Assembly (NCBI GenBank): GCA_963707025.1
Contig: CAVPOM010000010.1
Coordinates: 64,001-128,000, forward strand
Direction: 5' to 3'
Origin: an uncultured Verrucomicrobiae bacterium
GTDB lineage: Bacteria > Verrucomicrobiota > Verrucomicrobiia > Limisphaerales > Palsa-1400
DNA length: 64,000 nucleotides
Shown: piece by piece, positions 41,321-55,520 of the stretch
Layout of the letters: every line of letters begins with the position of its first letter
Position numbering within the stretch: position 1 is the stretch's first letter
The notes under the pieces: generated by a model
What the model was told of the DNA's origin: nothing
Databases searched by the model: none
Seen by the model: only the letters and a program-made list of their open reading frames with translations
Position numbers and translations under genes: made by a program

Positions 41321-42813
41321 TGAGCTGGACCCCTATTTTTAGACCACAGGTAAGTTTCGATTTTTGCCGGTTTGCTGTAGATAAGAAAGAGCAGACTTAT
41401 GAAAGCAAAACGGAAAAGACACAGTGCGGCCTTCAAGGCCAAAGTGGGATTCGAAGCCCTGGTGGGGCTGAAGACGGTCGCGCAATTGGCGCGAGAGTAT
41501 GCGGTGCATCCGGCGCAGGTCACGCAGTGGCGGGCGACGATTCGGGATCACATGCCCGAATTGTTTGAGCCCGGGCAACCCCGCACGGAGGATCAGGAAC
41601 AGTTGATTGCCCAACTGCATGAGAAGATTGGCCAACTGACGGTGGACTTGGACTGGCTTAAAAAAAAGTCCAGGCAACTGGGGCTTTAACATGTTTAATC
41701 GCTCCCGATCCGCAGCTCAGCGTGCGGCGCCAGTGCGAGCTGCTGGCGGTGTGCCGTGGCAGTTATTATTACCAGTGCTGTCCGGAGACAGAGGAGAACC
41801 TGGCGCTGATGCGGCGGTTGGACCAGATGCATTTGGACCACCCGGTTTATGGCAGCCGCAAACTGACCGTGCTGTTGCGCCGGGAGGGTTTGACCATCAA
41901 TCGCAAACGGGTGGTGCGGCTGCTGCGGTTGATGGGGATCGAGGCGATTTACGCCAAGCCCAAGACGAGTCTGCGGGAGATGGGGCACCAGATTTATCCG
42001 TATCTGTTACGCAATTTGGCAGTGACGGGACCGGATCAGGTTTGGTGTTCGGACATTACGTATGTGCCTATGGCAACTGGGTTTATGTATTTGGTGGCGG
42101 TGATGGATTGGTGGAGTCGTTACGTGCTGGGATGGCGCTTGAGCAACACGTTGGAGGCGGACTTTTGTGTGGACGCTTGGGAGGCGGCGTTGCGGGCGGG
42201 GCGTCAGGCGCCGTTGATTTCCAATACCGACCAGGGATCGCAGTTCACCTCCCCGATGTTTATCGATGCGGTGGAATCGGCGGGGGTGGACGTGAGCATG
42301 GACGGACGGGTCGCTGGATGGACAACCGGTTTATCGAGCGGCTGTGGCGGAGCGCCAAGTATGAGGACATTTATTTGCAAGACTATGGCGACGGGTTGGC
42401 GGCAGGGCGCGGACTGGGCCGGTGGTTTGACGGCTACAACCGGGAACGACCGCACCAGGCGTTGGGCTATGCGACGCCGGCGGACGCGTATTTTGATCCC
42501 GGCACGCATGGAGCCCAACCGGCCAAATGGGAAGCGATGCAACCTGCCAGAGGCAGGAGCGATCGCAGCACTTGACAGAGAGGCAGGCGGCAGGAAAAGG
42601 CTTGAAATCAGACCGCCTGCGGCGGTAGAGTTGAGAACCCTAAGAAAACGGAGAGGGAGGACGGGCAGTGCTCCGCATCGCTCGTTCTCTCTTTTCGAAA
42701 GGGGTTTGAAACACGGAATGAACAGTAGTCAACTACAATTAGTAATGACAGCAATCGGCAAAAGTCGCGCTTATTTCATGCGCTCCGTGGTCTAAAGGAT
42801 GGGGTCCACCTCA
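41321..42813 (+). mobile_element. IS3-family element, copy 1 (1493 bp), 3-bp target duplication GGC
   Basis: TG...CA ends; imperfect IRs TGAGCTGGACCCC..TTTAGACCAC / TGAGGTGGACCCC..TTTAGACCAC; orfA/orfB. Confidence 0.96.
41399..42575 (+). CDS. IS3 transposase OrfA/OrfB (-1 frameshift at A8G 41660-41668; extra indel near 42310)
   Basis: HTH orfA; DDE motifs WCSDITY, NTDQGSQF, IERLW. Confidence 0.92.
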
Positions 42814-45800
42814 GGCATCGGCTCCGCTCAGGGCATATCCGCACACGGTGACTGGAATGTCCGCGCCAGCATTCGGGGCGGCAAAGGCAGCCGCCACCTC
42901 GTTCGTGACCAGGTTCACATCGTCCCCGCTGGCCTCTCCCTCCAAGGCGGCAACCCCGCTCAACTGCGCGTTGGTGGTCCCGTCATACACCTTGGACAGC
43001 GCCGCCAGGCCGGTCACCGTCAATCCGGCCGGGGTGATGCTGGCCGTCAGATTGGTCGGATCCACCACTGCGTAATTGCTGGCCCCCGCCCCGCCCAACG
43101 CCAAACCTGTTACTGTGACCGGCTTGTTCGTCCCCACATTCTTGTCCGCAAAATAGGCCGCGGCATTGCTGGCCACCAGCGTGACGCTGTCGCCGTTCAA
43201 CACGCCTTCCAAACCGGCATTGGTGGCATCCAAAGCGGCATTGGTCGTGCCGTCATAGACTTTGTCCACCGCCAGCAGGTTGGTCACGGCCAAGCCCGCC
43301 GCGGTGATGGTCAGCGCACCGTTGGTCAGATTATAGCTATAATTGGCGTCGCTCAACGTGCCTGGCCCCACGTCAATGGGATAAGAACCGACCGGGCTGT
43401 TGGACATGGCGATGGTGCTCAAGACCGCGCTGCCGCCCAGCACGGTGGGGTCCTCTCCGTTGACAAAGCCCGTGTAGGAGGCCCTCAGGGTCGGAACAGT
43501 GGAGCCGTAGGAGATGGAAAGATCGTTAGCCGTGACGCCCAAGGGCGCTGGCGCCACAGATACATCGCCTGGGACAAAGGAGAAGACGTAGTTGGTCGCG
43601 CTCAATGTGCCTTGCATGACCGAGATGGGATAAGGACTATTGGTTACCGGGCTGTTGGTGGTCGCGGTGGTGCTGACTGCGGCGCTGCCGCTCAAGACGC
43701 TGGCGGTGTCTCCGTTGACGAAGCCGCTGTAGCTGACGGTCAAAGGCGGCAGAAGGCTGCCGTACTGGTTGGTGATGCTCGTGGCCGTTACGGTCAATGC
43801 GGCCTGGGCCACGTTAAAACTCGCGCTCACAGCGCTCGCCAGACCGCTGGCGCTGGCGGTCAACTGCTTGTTGCCCGAGGAATTAATCTGCAAACCGGAG
43901 AATGTGACCACTCCATTTCCCGTGTTGAGTCCGATGTCCAGGTTTGCCGTGCCTAGAAGGGAACCCGCGCCCGACGAGAGCGACAAGGTCACGTTCAAGC
44001 TCAGGTTCAAACCAGAAATGGAACCATTACCATACGCATCCTGGGTGATGACCACCGGCTGAACGCCGAAGGGGGAACCCACGGCAGCCGAACCGGGCTG
44101 CGCGGAAAATGCCAGCCGCGCCACGGTTCCGGGATTTACCTGGACGATGCTCGAAGTTGCGCCCGTCAATGCACCGCTGTTGAAATCTACGCTGATCGGG
44201 ACAGCCACGTCGTGGGCGAGGTTGACGAATGTTGCCACGCCGTTGACGTTGGTCGCGGTCAGCGTGCCCTGCAACACGCCGGAACCGCTGCCGGCGTCGC
44301 GAGCAGCCATGACCACGGTGCCATTGTCCGCGCTGCATAAATTTCCAAATTGATCTTCAACAAGGATGACGGGTTGTTGAGCGAATGGAACGCCCGACAT
44401 GGCGACCGACGATGGTTGGGTCTGAATGACAAGCTGGCTTCCCGCGCCAGCACATACCACCGTGCCGGAAGATGTTGCCAAAGTCAGAGTGCCAGAGGTG
44501 AAATCAATAGTGATGGTTTCGGCGACCTGATAACCGAGATCGGTGAAGGTCACGACACCGTTGGCGGCGGTGGCCGTCAGCGTGCCGAGTAATGTCCCCG
44601 ATCCCTGGTCGAGCGAGGCGGCAACCACCGTGCTGTTGTCAGCATTGCGCAGATTGCCAAATTGGTCCTGCACTTGAACTGCCGGCTGTTGCGAGAACAC
44701 GACGCCCGCCGTGGCCGCGGCGGAAGGCTGGATTTGAAGGGCCACCTGGCTCGCCACCGCGGGACTGACCACGGTGTTGCCCGAATTTATGGCAGCGACA
44801 CCCGAAGCGGTGAAACTGAGCGCGATGGTTTCGGCCACTTGATAGCTCAACCCGCCGAAGGTGGCAATTCCGCCCACGGCAGTGGCCGTGGCCGGCCCTT
44901 GCAGCGTGCCTGTTCCAGTGTTGATTCCTGCGGTGACCACGGTGGAATCGTCTGCGTTGCGCAAGTTGCCGAATTGATCTTCAATTTGAATCACCGGTTG
45001 CTGGGCGAACTCGACTCCTGCGGCCGCGCTGGAAGAGGGTGCGGTCTGGATGCCAAGTTGGGTGGCCGCGCCGACAACTTCCGCGAGAAAACCGAAACTC
45101 GTCGAGCTGGCCGTCACGCCTTGTATGACCGCGGTGCCCGAAACCACCAAATTGCCGCTGGCAAGCGGTGTGCCCGCTGAGGGCTGCACGCTGACATTTT
45201 GCCAAGTGAGCGAGCAGGTCACCCCGCCGCTGCTGGCTGATGCGACCGTGAACGTCAGCTTATTGGCGGTTTGGGAAGTCATGGCCAGGGATGTTCCGCT
45301 GGCCACACCGTTGATATTTAACGAATTGGCGCCTGATCCCCCAACCCGCGTGATGAGCACAGTCGGAGCGGGGCCGCTCGTATTGAAAACGAATCCGGCG
45401 GGCGCCTTAAGAATGATGGTTCCGGCGCCGACGTTGCCATTTTGGATTTCCGTGTAAACCGGCCCGGTTAAATTTGTATAAGCTCCTCCTGTGGCATCGG
45501 CGGAGATGGCGGAGCCGCCCGTGGCCGGCGTGAGCAAACTGCCGGGGCCAAACCCAACCACGAACCAACCGACATCTGCCTGATCCCCAGTATCATTGCG
45601 ATCCAGCGCAGGCTGCGTGGCACTGGTCACCGCCAGAGTGGCGGACCCGACTCCCAGCACACTGCCGGTGGACGCAGACCGCCCGGTGTTTTGGCCGCCC
45701 ACCGGTTGCACAGAGGCAAAAGCCGCCGCGCGATTGGTGTCGAGGCTGAGGAGCGTGACGTTGGTTTCCCCGATGCCGTTGGCGAGGGTCACCGAGCCGC

Positions 45801-48800
45801 CCTGCACGGTGGAACCATCGTTGAGTTGGACGGCCTGCCAGGCAATTTCCGAAATGTCGTCCGGCGCGCCGGAAATGCTGCGGTCAAAAGCCATGGTGCT
45901 GGCCCCGGTCCATTGCGCCCGCAACATCCGCGCGCCCACATTGGCGCCCGAACCAGAAGTGCGATAACCGGTCAGCAAAAAGGTGCTGTTCGTATTGACT
46001 GGCGCCGCCAGCGTGGCGGTGGCCAGCAGGTTGGTTCCAGTGAGGTTTGTCACCGAGCCTTGTTGGACACTGATGCTCGCCGGATTGAGAAACTCAATCA
46101 CCTGCCAGAAAATGACCGGCACGGAGGACGGCGCTGCGCCGACGCGAAATTGCAGATTGCCCGTGCCCGTGATTTCACCAATAACCGGATCGCTGTCAGT
46201 AAAAGCCGTCTCGGCCGGATCCGGCGTTTTCGACCAGGTGACAAACGCTTGATTGGTTGCAGCAAGCGGAGTTAAGGGCACGTTGATGGTCGTGTTGGTC
46301 TGATTGACTTGACCGCGTTGCACCAGGACACCGGCCGAATACTCGACCACATACCATTGAATGTCCATCGTGGACGTCTCGGAAGTGACACGGACAAATT
46401 CCACCGAATTGGAGGACGCGATACACCCGCCGATCATCGAGCCGCCCGGAACGCTGCTGTTGTGGCGCGTGTTGAAAATGAGGAACGCGCTAGGCGGGTT
46501 GACCGCCGCTGCCAGCGTGGCGATGTTGGTGCCGGCACCGGAACTGGTTAATGTGCCGCTTTGCACGTCCTTAATCGCCGCCAGCGCCGCCGCGGTGAAA
46601 ACCAAATTCAAATTGTTTCCCGATTGGCTGAGGAAAAAAGATCCCGCACCAAGAGGATTTTGAAACGCGGAAGTGTCAATAGTGAAAGCAGCGGGATTAA
46701 ACCCGGTGATGCCGCCGCTGGCGCTGGCAATCGTCCAAACATACGTGGCGGTGTCGTCAAAATTCGAGGTGAGTCCGGCGGCGTCGCTCAAATTCAGAGA
46801 AACCACTTTGATGACGAACTTGCTGCCGGCGGTTGCGTTGATCGTGAGCGTCCCGGATATATTCATCCAATCCCAGCCGGGGTCGGATCCCTGCGAGCCC
46901 GCGGCCTGGTTGATCTCCCAGACAAAATTGCCGGCGCCGGCCCACGTTTGCGAGCCGCTGCTCAAGGTCCCCGCACCGCCGGCGCCGGGGGCATTGGTGC
47001 CGCCGGTGTTGACGGCCACGCTTCCCACCGTGCCGTTGCCGGACAAAGTCGCGCCGGAAGAGATCGTCACCGCGCTGCCCGGCAAACTTCCGGTAACCTG
47101 TAAATTGCCGACGTTGATGGTGGTCGCTCCGCTGTAGGAATTCGCCCCGGCAAGGATTTGCGTTCCCGCGCCAACCTTGGTCAACGCCCCGGTGCCGCTG
47201 ATGGCTCCTGAGAAACTGGCGGTGCCGGCACTTCCCACCGTCAATTTTCCGCTGCCCAAAGTCACGCTGCCTGCTCCGGCCAGGGACGCGATGGTCTGGT
47301 TGAAGTTATTCAGATTGAAAACAGCGCCGTTGCTGACGACGAGCGGCGAGGCGCTGGCCAGGCGCGAATTGGCGCTGATTTTCAGCGTGCCCGCGCCGAC
47401 GGTGGTGGCGCCGGTGCAGGTGTTGGCGCCGCTTAAAACCATCGTGCCGCTGCCAACCTTTGTGAAACTTCCCGTGCCACTGATGACGGCGGAATTTGTC
47501 GTGGAAAGATTGTCGCCGCCCGCCGTCAAAGAACCGCTGCCCAAAGTCACCTTGCCCGCCGCTGTCGAGGCCAGCGAACCGACGGTTACGTTGAAACCGT
47601 TTATAGCGAAAGTCGCGCTGGCGGCTGTGATTTTGACGGGGGTGAGGCTGGACAGCCCCTGGTTGCCGCCCAATTGCAAGGTGCCTGCGCTGATGGTTGT
47701 CGTGTTGGTGCAAGTGTTGTTGCCGCCCAAGGCCAAAAGGCCGGTGCCGCTTTTGGTGAGCGCGCCCGCCCCGCTGATGACGCCATTGAATGTATTCGTG
47801 AAACCAGTTCCGGTATTGAAAGTGGCCGTTCCTGCATTGAGGACCATGTTGCGCGTCGAGGAGAAGGAAGCCGTGGTCGTCAGTGTCGCGCTGTTGGAAA
47901 AAGTAAGTGTGCCACCGGGGTTGCCCAAGGCGGCGTCTGAACCGATGGTGATGGTTCCGGCCGCATTCGTTGTGCCCCCCAAATACGAGTTCGTGCCGGT
48001 CAAGGCCAGAGTCTTGGTGCCGATCTTGGTCAAAAAGCCCGGTCCGCTGATGGTTCCCGAAAGTGTGAGCGTGGTGCCGCCCGCGCTGATGACGCCGCCT
48101 TTTGTTCCTAGAACAACCGCCCGCGCGGAAGCCAATGTTTTGGTCGTCGTGAACGTGCCACCGTTGAGAGTGAGCGTGCCGCTGGCATTGCCCAACCCGG
48201 TGTCGGCGGCGACGCTGATGGCCCCGGCGTTGATCGTGGTGCCGCCGGAATAGGTGTTGACGCCGCTCAGGGTCATCGTCGCAGCGCCGGCTTTGATCAG
48301 GCTGCCTGTGCCGCTCATCGCCCCGGAAAAAGTCGTGGCGGCGGAGTTTCCAACGCTCAGCGTCCCGCCGCCCAATGTCACGCTGCCTGCTCCGGCCAAC
48401 GAGAGAATGGTCTCATTGAATCCGTTCAAATCCAAAGTCCCGCCGGCATTGACCGTGACGGCGGACGCGCTGCTGGCACCTCCAGACACGCTGAACTGCA
48501 CCGTGCCGCCGCTAATCGTCGTCGTGCCGCTGTAAGTATTCGCGCCGCCCAATGAGAGCAGCCCGGTGCCGACTTTGACAAACCCGCCCGTCCCGTTTCC
48601 AAGGACGCCGTTGAAAATAATGACGCCGGCGTTCGTGAACGTGGTTTGCAGAGTGGAATTAATGATGTTCGCCTGCAAAGCGAATGTGCCGGCGTCGCAG
48701 CCAATGGTCGAGTTCGCGGCGAGCGTGATCGTTCCGTTCCAGGTATTGCTGCCGCTGACGCTTCTCAGCGCCCCGCCGCCGCCGATGCCGTTCCCGCTCA

Positions 48801-50205
48801 GAGTCAGGTTTTCCCCGGTTACGACAATGCCTCCTTGCAACTGCAGGGCGGCGCCGCTGGAAACGGTCGCGCCGGAAGCCGTTGCGCCCAAAGCCGCGCC
48901 GTTTAGAACAGCGAGGACGCCTGCGCTGACAGTGGTTTGTCCGCCGTAGGTGTTGACGCCGCTGAGCGTATTCGTGCCCGAGCCGGTTTTGGTCAGGCCT
49001 CCCGTGCCACTGATAACGCCGCTGATCAGCATATTTGAAGTGCCGCTGACAGTCAGAAGATTGGTGTTATTGTTGACATTGCCGGCAAAGACGATACTGC
49101 CGGAGGTTGCGCTCCAGGTTTGGTTCGCTGCCAGCGCAATCGCATTGCTGATGGTTTGAGGGTTCGTGCAATTGTTGACCACTCCGCCGTTGCCGATGGT
49201 CAGCGTGCTGCCTCCGAGCACAAATCCGCCGGCGGTGTTGTTGAAAGTCAGCGATTGAATGGCCCAGGCCGCATCCACGTTGGGCGCAAGTTGGTTGGTT
49301 CCGGCCAGGACGATTGCCGCCGTTCCATTATTGGTTGGGGCGATGCCTCCGCTCCAGTTCAGGCCGGTGCTCCAGTTGTTATCGCTCCCATTGCCATTCC
49401 AGGTGAAGGTGGCCGCTTGGGAAGAGGCGTACACCAGAAGGCTTGAACAGACCGCCAGGAATCCATGCCTGATGATGCTGTTGGTTGTGGAACGATGTAT
49501 CATGGGTGTCCGATGGTCCTCAGCAATCAAGGGCCGTGCTTCGAGCCAAATGGAGGTGCAAGTTCGGTGCTGGCGATGCGTTCTGGAGCCTCGGCACATC
49601 ATTCTTCTCATAGTTCTTGGGGCCAACTACAATTAATATTGGACCTTTTGACGGGTTGCCCCGTCAATGCGTGTCCAGAATTCAGCCAACTCCGTTATAT
49701 ATCGGTCAATAATGATTTTACCTTAGTGGATTTCCCGGATGAGCCATTAGCGGAATATCCGATGCATCTCCAAGCCGCTGATGCGCAATACATTAGGTGA
49801 TGCTGCTCGCCTACAGAATACCAGGAGAGGGCGAACCAATGTCTGCATCATCAGCAGTATTTACCGGCGGGGGACAAGATAATTCGCGACCAAAAAAAGC
49901 GGATGTGAGGCCAGCCCTATTGGGAGGCCGTGATCGCAGGATCACGACAAATCAAGCGTCAAGGCAGGATATGCGTCGAGGTGATGAAATTGCGCATGGG
50001 TTTGATATGGACAATGCCATTATTGAAATTGGAGCGGGTTGAAGGGAATCGAGCTCTCGTCTCACCTCGAACGGCTTCGGGAAAGACGATGAGCGGGATG
50101 AGGAGGATGCAGGATGTCCTGCCCCGGACGAAATCGAGCACGATCCAGATGGCGTCGGTGAATATAAGCCTTGCGCGGGCATCCACCCTCTTGTCCCGCT
50201 CGCCC

Positions 50206-50668
50206 ATGCCTTTCATTCTGTCTTTGGATCAGGGGACAACCAGCTCCCGGGCGATTGTCTTTGAGCATGGGGGCGCCATCCGCGCCGCGGCGCAAAAGGA
50301 GTTTCAACAAATTTTCCCCCGAACCGGGTGGGTGGAGCATGACCCGCGCGAGATCTGGTCCAGTCAGCTTGAGGTCGCCCGCACGGCGCTGAGGCGGGCC
50401 GGGATCAAAGCGGGCGATCTGGCGGCCATTGGCATCACCAACCAGCGCGAGACCACCGTCCTCTGGGACCGCGCCACCGGCGAACCGGTCCATAACGCCA
50501 TCGTGTGGCAGGACCGGCGCACCGCTCCCTTCTGCGATGAGCTGAAGCGGGCCGGGCATGAGGACCTGATCCAGCGCAAAACCGGCCTGGTCATTGACGC
50601 TTATTTCTCGGGCAGCAAAATGCGCTGGCTGCTGGATCATGCGCCCGGCGCACGGGAGCGGGCGCGCG
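50206..50668 (+). pseudogene. glpK: Glycerol kinase, 5' fragment only (about 154 codons)
   Basis: [42 protein letters not shown]; similarity stops abruptly. Confidence 0.9.
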
Positions 50669-50849
50669 TTTTCCAGAGGTCTCAAGTTAAGAAATGCCCC
50701 CTGCCGGATGGCGTTGCATTGCGTGTGCCGGATTCGCCGGCGCCATTAATATGTCAATACTATTTATCTCCGGGTCCCGCGCCCGCCGCGGCCAAATCTC
50801 AACCGCGGCCGAATGACGGCGCAACCGGGCGGTCCGGCGGGCGGTGCAT

Positions 50850-53800
50850 TTAACGCATGACGAGCCGGTAGTATTGCTGCAAACCGGTGGCGTTGACGGT
50901 ATAGGAATGCTGACCCACGGTGCTGAGAATATCAGCGAATGGGGAAGTCACAGAACCGGCGGTCTGCAGGGTGACCGCCGGATTTCCTATCCAGGTCAGG
51001 GTGACGGTGCCGTTGGTGACGGGACCGATGTTGACACCGCCGATGAGGTTGCCCGCGCCGGAGGCTTGAATGTTAAACGAATTGAAGTTGACACTCCCGC
51101 CGCCGCCAAAATACTCGAACAACAGGCCTGCGGCCGTGATCGGCCCGCCCAGGTTATGGGCCGGCGTTCCCCCCAGCAACACTCCCGCCGAGTTTGTAAA
51201 GGTGAGAGTCTGCCACAGCGACGCGGTGTTGGTGTAGATTTGGGAGAAGGAAGTATAATTAGCCGCCGTGCCGCCAGGCGTCAGCAACGCGATGGCGGGA
51301 GTGTAGCTGGCCGTGAGCAACGGATTGGCCGTGGCCGCATACCATTGCCCGCCCTGCTCGATGGCAAAGGCCACGGTGACGTTGGTCCACGCGCCGTCGC
51401 CCTGGGCCATGGACGTGCTAAACTGGATGCTGTTCACCGGGTAAAGCGCCGGGTCAAAGGCGATGAACGGCAAGCCCGAGTAACCCGTGTCACTGGTCGT
51501 CGAGGCGTAAAGGACGGCGTTGGTGTAGCCGCCTTCGTAAGCATAAGCCGCCGCGGTGCCCGACTGGTTGTCGGCGGCGGCGCCGTTGAGCTTGAACAAG
51601 CGGGTGGGAGTGTCCGCCTGGAGCGTCCAGCCGACATTGGTCAGGCTTAGATTCCCGGCCGGCAGCGAATAAACCGGGAACGATTCGTTGTAGATCAGGC
51701 CCAGCGGCGGAGGGATTACCGTCAAGATGGGTGATCCGTAGGTCCCGGAATCAGGTACCGTTGGTGCCGCCCCCGTTGACGGCCCAGCCGCTGTAAACTC
51801 CTGCCTCGCCGCTCTGGACATTTTGGAGCAGGATCTCCGTGTTGGTGGCGCTTGTAATAATGGAGCCGTCGGCGTTGGTTCCATTGGCCAAAACAGTGCC
51901 GCTTAGGAACGCGCCGGGAGTGGCGTTCAGCTCCCAGCTATTGGTGAACGGACGGGTGCCGGCTTCTGTAAAACTGAAACCCACTCCGCTGCCGGCATAA
52001 ACCGTCTGAGGATAAGGCACGTTCGGCTCGGAGGGGAAGCTCGGCGCCACGGGCGGGGTTGAATTGGTTACCAACATAAAGCTGTCCATGCTGTATAAAG
52101 CCAGGCCGGTGAAAACGAAGACCACGCCGGCCCCGGTGATGTTACCGGCCAGATTGGCCGAGGCTGCCGAGCCGATGGTCGCCGAACTGCCGCTGAGCGT
52201 CAGCGTGTTCCACCCGGCGGCGGTTGGGTCGAATTGCAGGCCGTAGGTGGTGTAGGCGGCGGGGGTCCCTCCCAACTGGATGGCGGAGGTGCTGACATAC
52301 CAACTGCTTCCCCCCGTTTGCACCGCCCAGTACAAGGAGGCGTTGCCGGCATTGGCCTGCGCGGCAATGGTGGCGCGAAAAGAGACGAAGGGGTAATTGG
52401 CCGGGGTTATGGCGGTAAAGGGAACTCCGGACAGCCCGGCGACATCCGTGTTGGTGGCGGCGTAAAAGGCGGTCGTCTTGGCTGCGGTTTCATAGGCATA
52501 GGCGGCTCCGGATTCGTCCAGACGGTTGGGAATGTCCCCGGCGGTGGTGGACCTCCATCCGACGTTGTTCAACGACGCGGCGGCGGGGAAGGGTCCCACA
52601 AAGGGGAATGTTTCCGCGTATAGAATATTATTGGTGAGAGGATTGACCGTCAAGGTGTTGGTGGTGTAGTTGGTGCTGTAGTCCTGGCCGTAGAGGTTGC
52701 TGACCTCCACCGAATAAGTTCCCGCGTCGGCGGAACTGACATTGGAGATGGTGAGCAGATTGCTGCCGGCCCCGATGATAAAGGACCCGGTTCCAGTAGC
52801 CCCGTTGACCAGAGTAACCGCGGAGCCGCCCGCTGCCGGATCAAATGTCCAGGCGTAATCCAACAAGGGTGTGCCGACGTAGGCATCCACCGCAAAGGAG
52901 GCGGTTCCCGTGGCAAAGGCGGTCTGGCTGAAGCCCGGGGCATCAATATTTGGCGCCACGTTACCCGGCGGACTGACCAGCGGCGCCGTAATGGTAAGAA
53001 GGTTTTGATCAACGCCATACCCGGTGGTGGTGGTGGAAAAAGTCCCGGTCGCCGCGACGACGCCAATGCCCTGGATCGGACCGGTCAAAGGGGCGGCGGC
53101 CGGACCGCCAATGGTGGCGGAGGTGGCGCCGAGGGTCAGGGAGTTCCAATTGGCCGCGGCGTTATTATTTGTATAGAAAAAGGAGTTCTGGGTCCAAATG
53201 GCATCGCCCGCGACGCTCGGGCTGTTGTTGGTGAAGGGGTTGACGGCGACATACCATGCCCCGCCGACTTCAACGGCAAGATAGTTGGTCACATACCCAG
53301 GGGGGAAGACGGGGTTTCCGCTGGCTTCGGACTCCAGGTTGAAGGTCAATCCCGCGGGATAAAGGCTGGGATCAATATCGGAAAATGAGGAGTCGCCCTG
53401 GCCTCCATTGCCGGAGGTGTCGGTCGTGTAAACAATCCCGACGGCGTTGGCTGTGTCTGCGGACTCATACATGGCGCGAGTGGACGCAATCACACCGGTC
53501 GTCACGTCCAGGGTCCCGGCGGCCACGCCGAATATCCCGGTGTAGGCGATGCCGAGTCCAGTCCAACCCACCTCAGCCAGGGTGGTGGGCGCAGCGCCGC
53601 CGCCGGCGGTAAAGGCAGCGCCCCAGTCTTCTGAATAGAGCACCGCTGGGGGCGGGGGCGCAGGCAGAGTCGCTGAAATGACCAGGGTGCTGTAATCCCA
53701 GCCACTGAAGCTGGCGTCAACCACCAGGCCAACGCCGGTGATCAGCCCGGACAAATTCTGGGCTGGCGTCGAACCGATGGTGGCGCCGGAGCCGGGCGCG

Positions 53801-54312
53801 TTAATGGTCAGGGTATTCCAGGCGGCGGCCAGGTTGGTATAAGGCATGCTCACGTTGATGAAGTTGGGATAGGTGCTGCCGTTGGGCAGGAGATTGGTGG
53901 AGACATACCACGACCCTCCCTGCTGAATGGCAAAATAGTTGGTGGCGAAGGTGCCCTCGCGGGCGATGGAAAAAGTCAAGTTGTTGGTGAACACAGTCGG
54001 GTCAATATCGGTGAAGCTGGAATCACCGTCGGCGCCGGCCCCGCTGCCGTCCGTCGTGTAAAAGATGCCAAACTGCCCAGGGGCCATGTCTTCGAAATAA
54101 ACGACGTTGGGCGGGGCGCTGAAAATGCCGCTATACGGGCCGCCCGAGGCAGCGCCCGCCGGCAGAACCGCCGTCCAACCCACCTGGCTCAAACTGATAC
54201 TCCCGGGGTGTTTGACCGAACCCCAATCCTGGACGTAGAGGTTGGTGGTGATTTGCGCCGTCGCGACCGCCCAAGAACCAAATAAGAAGAGGAGAGACAG
54301 TGATTTTTTCAT
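50850..54312 (-). CDS. Secreted protein with four ~200-aa repeats and Ig-like domains; frameshift near 51755
   Basis: Signal peptide; repeated L..VGW / F..IDP / A...GG.WY / W.TLT / ITG.G; DAGTYSV Ig motif. Confidence 0.8.
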
Positions 54313-54360
54313 AATTGGAATGGATTGGTTTGACAGGTTTGGAACAAAGAAAGCTCGCCG

Positions 54361-55137
54361 CTATTGGTATTGATTCATCCATTGCGGCCAGCGGGCCGGA
54401 GGGGAGCTGACCCATCCTTGAAACCAACTCAAAGTCCAAAGCTCCTTTAACCCGACGCTGCGGACGGAGGAATCGAGAAAGGCCATGTTGACCGGTCTGG
54501 CGCCAGGATGCCTGGGGAGGGCAAACTCATCCAGGCCGTTTCCGGTTTGCCAGCCTTGCGAGGTGGGCGGCGCATCCGCCGGGGTGGGATTGGTGCCGTC
54601 CCACATGCCATCCCCAAACACCGGGGTGTTGTTCAGCTTGTTGAAGTCTGAAAGTTTGGTGCCGTACAAATTGCCGTTGAATTCGTAACTGCCCATCTCC
54701 CCTTGGTAACCCCAAGCTTCAATCGGATACGCACCCACGCCCATGATTCCCCAAGAGTAGAAGGTCCAGTCCATATCATCGGCAAACATGGTGGCGGCCG
54801 GAAGGGAAGACCGAAACAGGTTGGCGGCCGGGCACAGACAGATGTTGGTGTTGTTGTAGTAAGGCTGGCAGGCGCCCATCCACACCGAGGTGGGCACCCC
54901 CGGCGTCCAACCCACCGGCATGGTGTCCTTGTTGTCATTGGCATACATGGCAAAGGCCACTACCCACTGGTGCAGGTTTGACTTGTCTTGGGTGCTCTTG
55001 GCCGCCAGTTTCGCCTTGGCCAGAGTCGGAAGCAGCAGCGACGCCAAAATGGCGATGATGGCAATGACCACCAGCAATTCAATCAGCGTAAAACCCCATC
55101 GCAACCGCGAAGCGTTTTTTGGTCTTAACATAAGCAT
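54361..55137 (-). CDS. Prepilin-type N-terminal cleavage/methylation protein with H-X9-DG-like C-terminus
   Basis: [40 protein letters not shown]. Confidence 0.92.
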   Translation of the reverse strand: MLMLRPKNASRLRWGFTLIELLVVIAIIAILASLLLPTLAKAKLAAKSTQDKSNLHQWVVAFAMYANDNKDTMPVGWTPGVPTSVWMGACQPYYNNTNICLCPAANLFRSSLPAATMFADDMDWTFYSWGIMGVGAYPIEAWGYQGEMGSYEFNGNLYGTKLSDFNKLNNTPVFGDGMWDGTNPTPADAPPTSQGWQTGNGLDEFALPRHPGARPVNMAFLDSSVRSVGLKELWTLSWFQGWVSSPPARWPQWMNQYQ

Positions 55138-55520
55138 CGTGGATGCCGGATCAATGATTCCGATTTCGTATTGTTTTGTCAAGCCGCCGATCGCGACCTG
55201 GCGACAACATCGCGTTCCTGCGCTTTCAAAGGCTATTTGAGGATAATTTTCCCTTTTTCCCCGGCTTTGTCCAGCCTCACAACTGTATGGTTCTGAGGGG
55301 GCGGGAATTCCCGGCGCCGCCCCGGCCATGCCTCGGGACGGAGGCCTCTAAATTCTTGCCGCGCGTTGGAATTCAGCAAATAACCCTCCGCCGCGCTTCT
55401 TGTTGGAGCCTTGGACCCTGTCGCCGATTCCCAATGGTCTGCCGGAATCCGATGCGTCCGCCCTGAACCCGCGCATTTGTGAGGCTTGGCAGGGAACGGA
55501 TTCTTTGCGAAGATCAATTC

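Larger units (their letters stand above)
41033..49503 (-). pseudogene. Giant adhesin-like protein (autotransporter-associated beta-strand repeats, Ig-like, MBG, YDG), interrupted by IS3 near its 3' end
   Basis: LTK.G.G.L.L.G.NTYSG repeats and KVYDGTT; removing the IS restores ...SGADA-TNYTLAQPAGLTADILP. Confidence 0.9.

Noticed and set aside
42799..49636. Long + strand ORFs opposite the adhesin, and similar antisense ORFs over GH3, GH53, the kinase and the relaxase
   Set aside because: Shadow frames of GC-rich genes with no recognisable motifs
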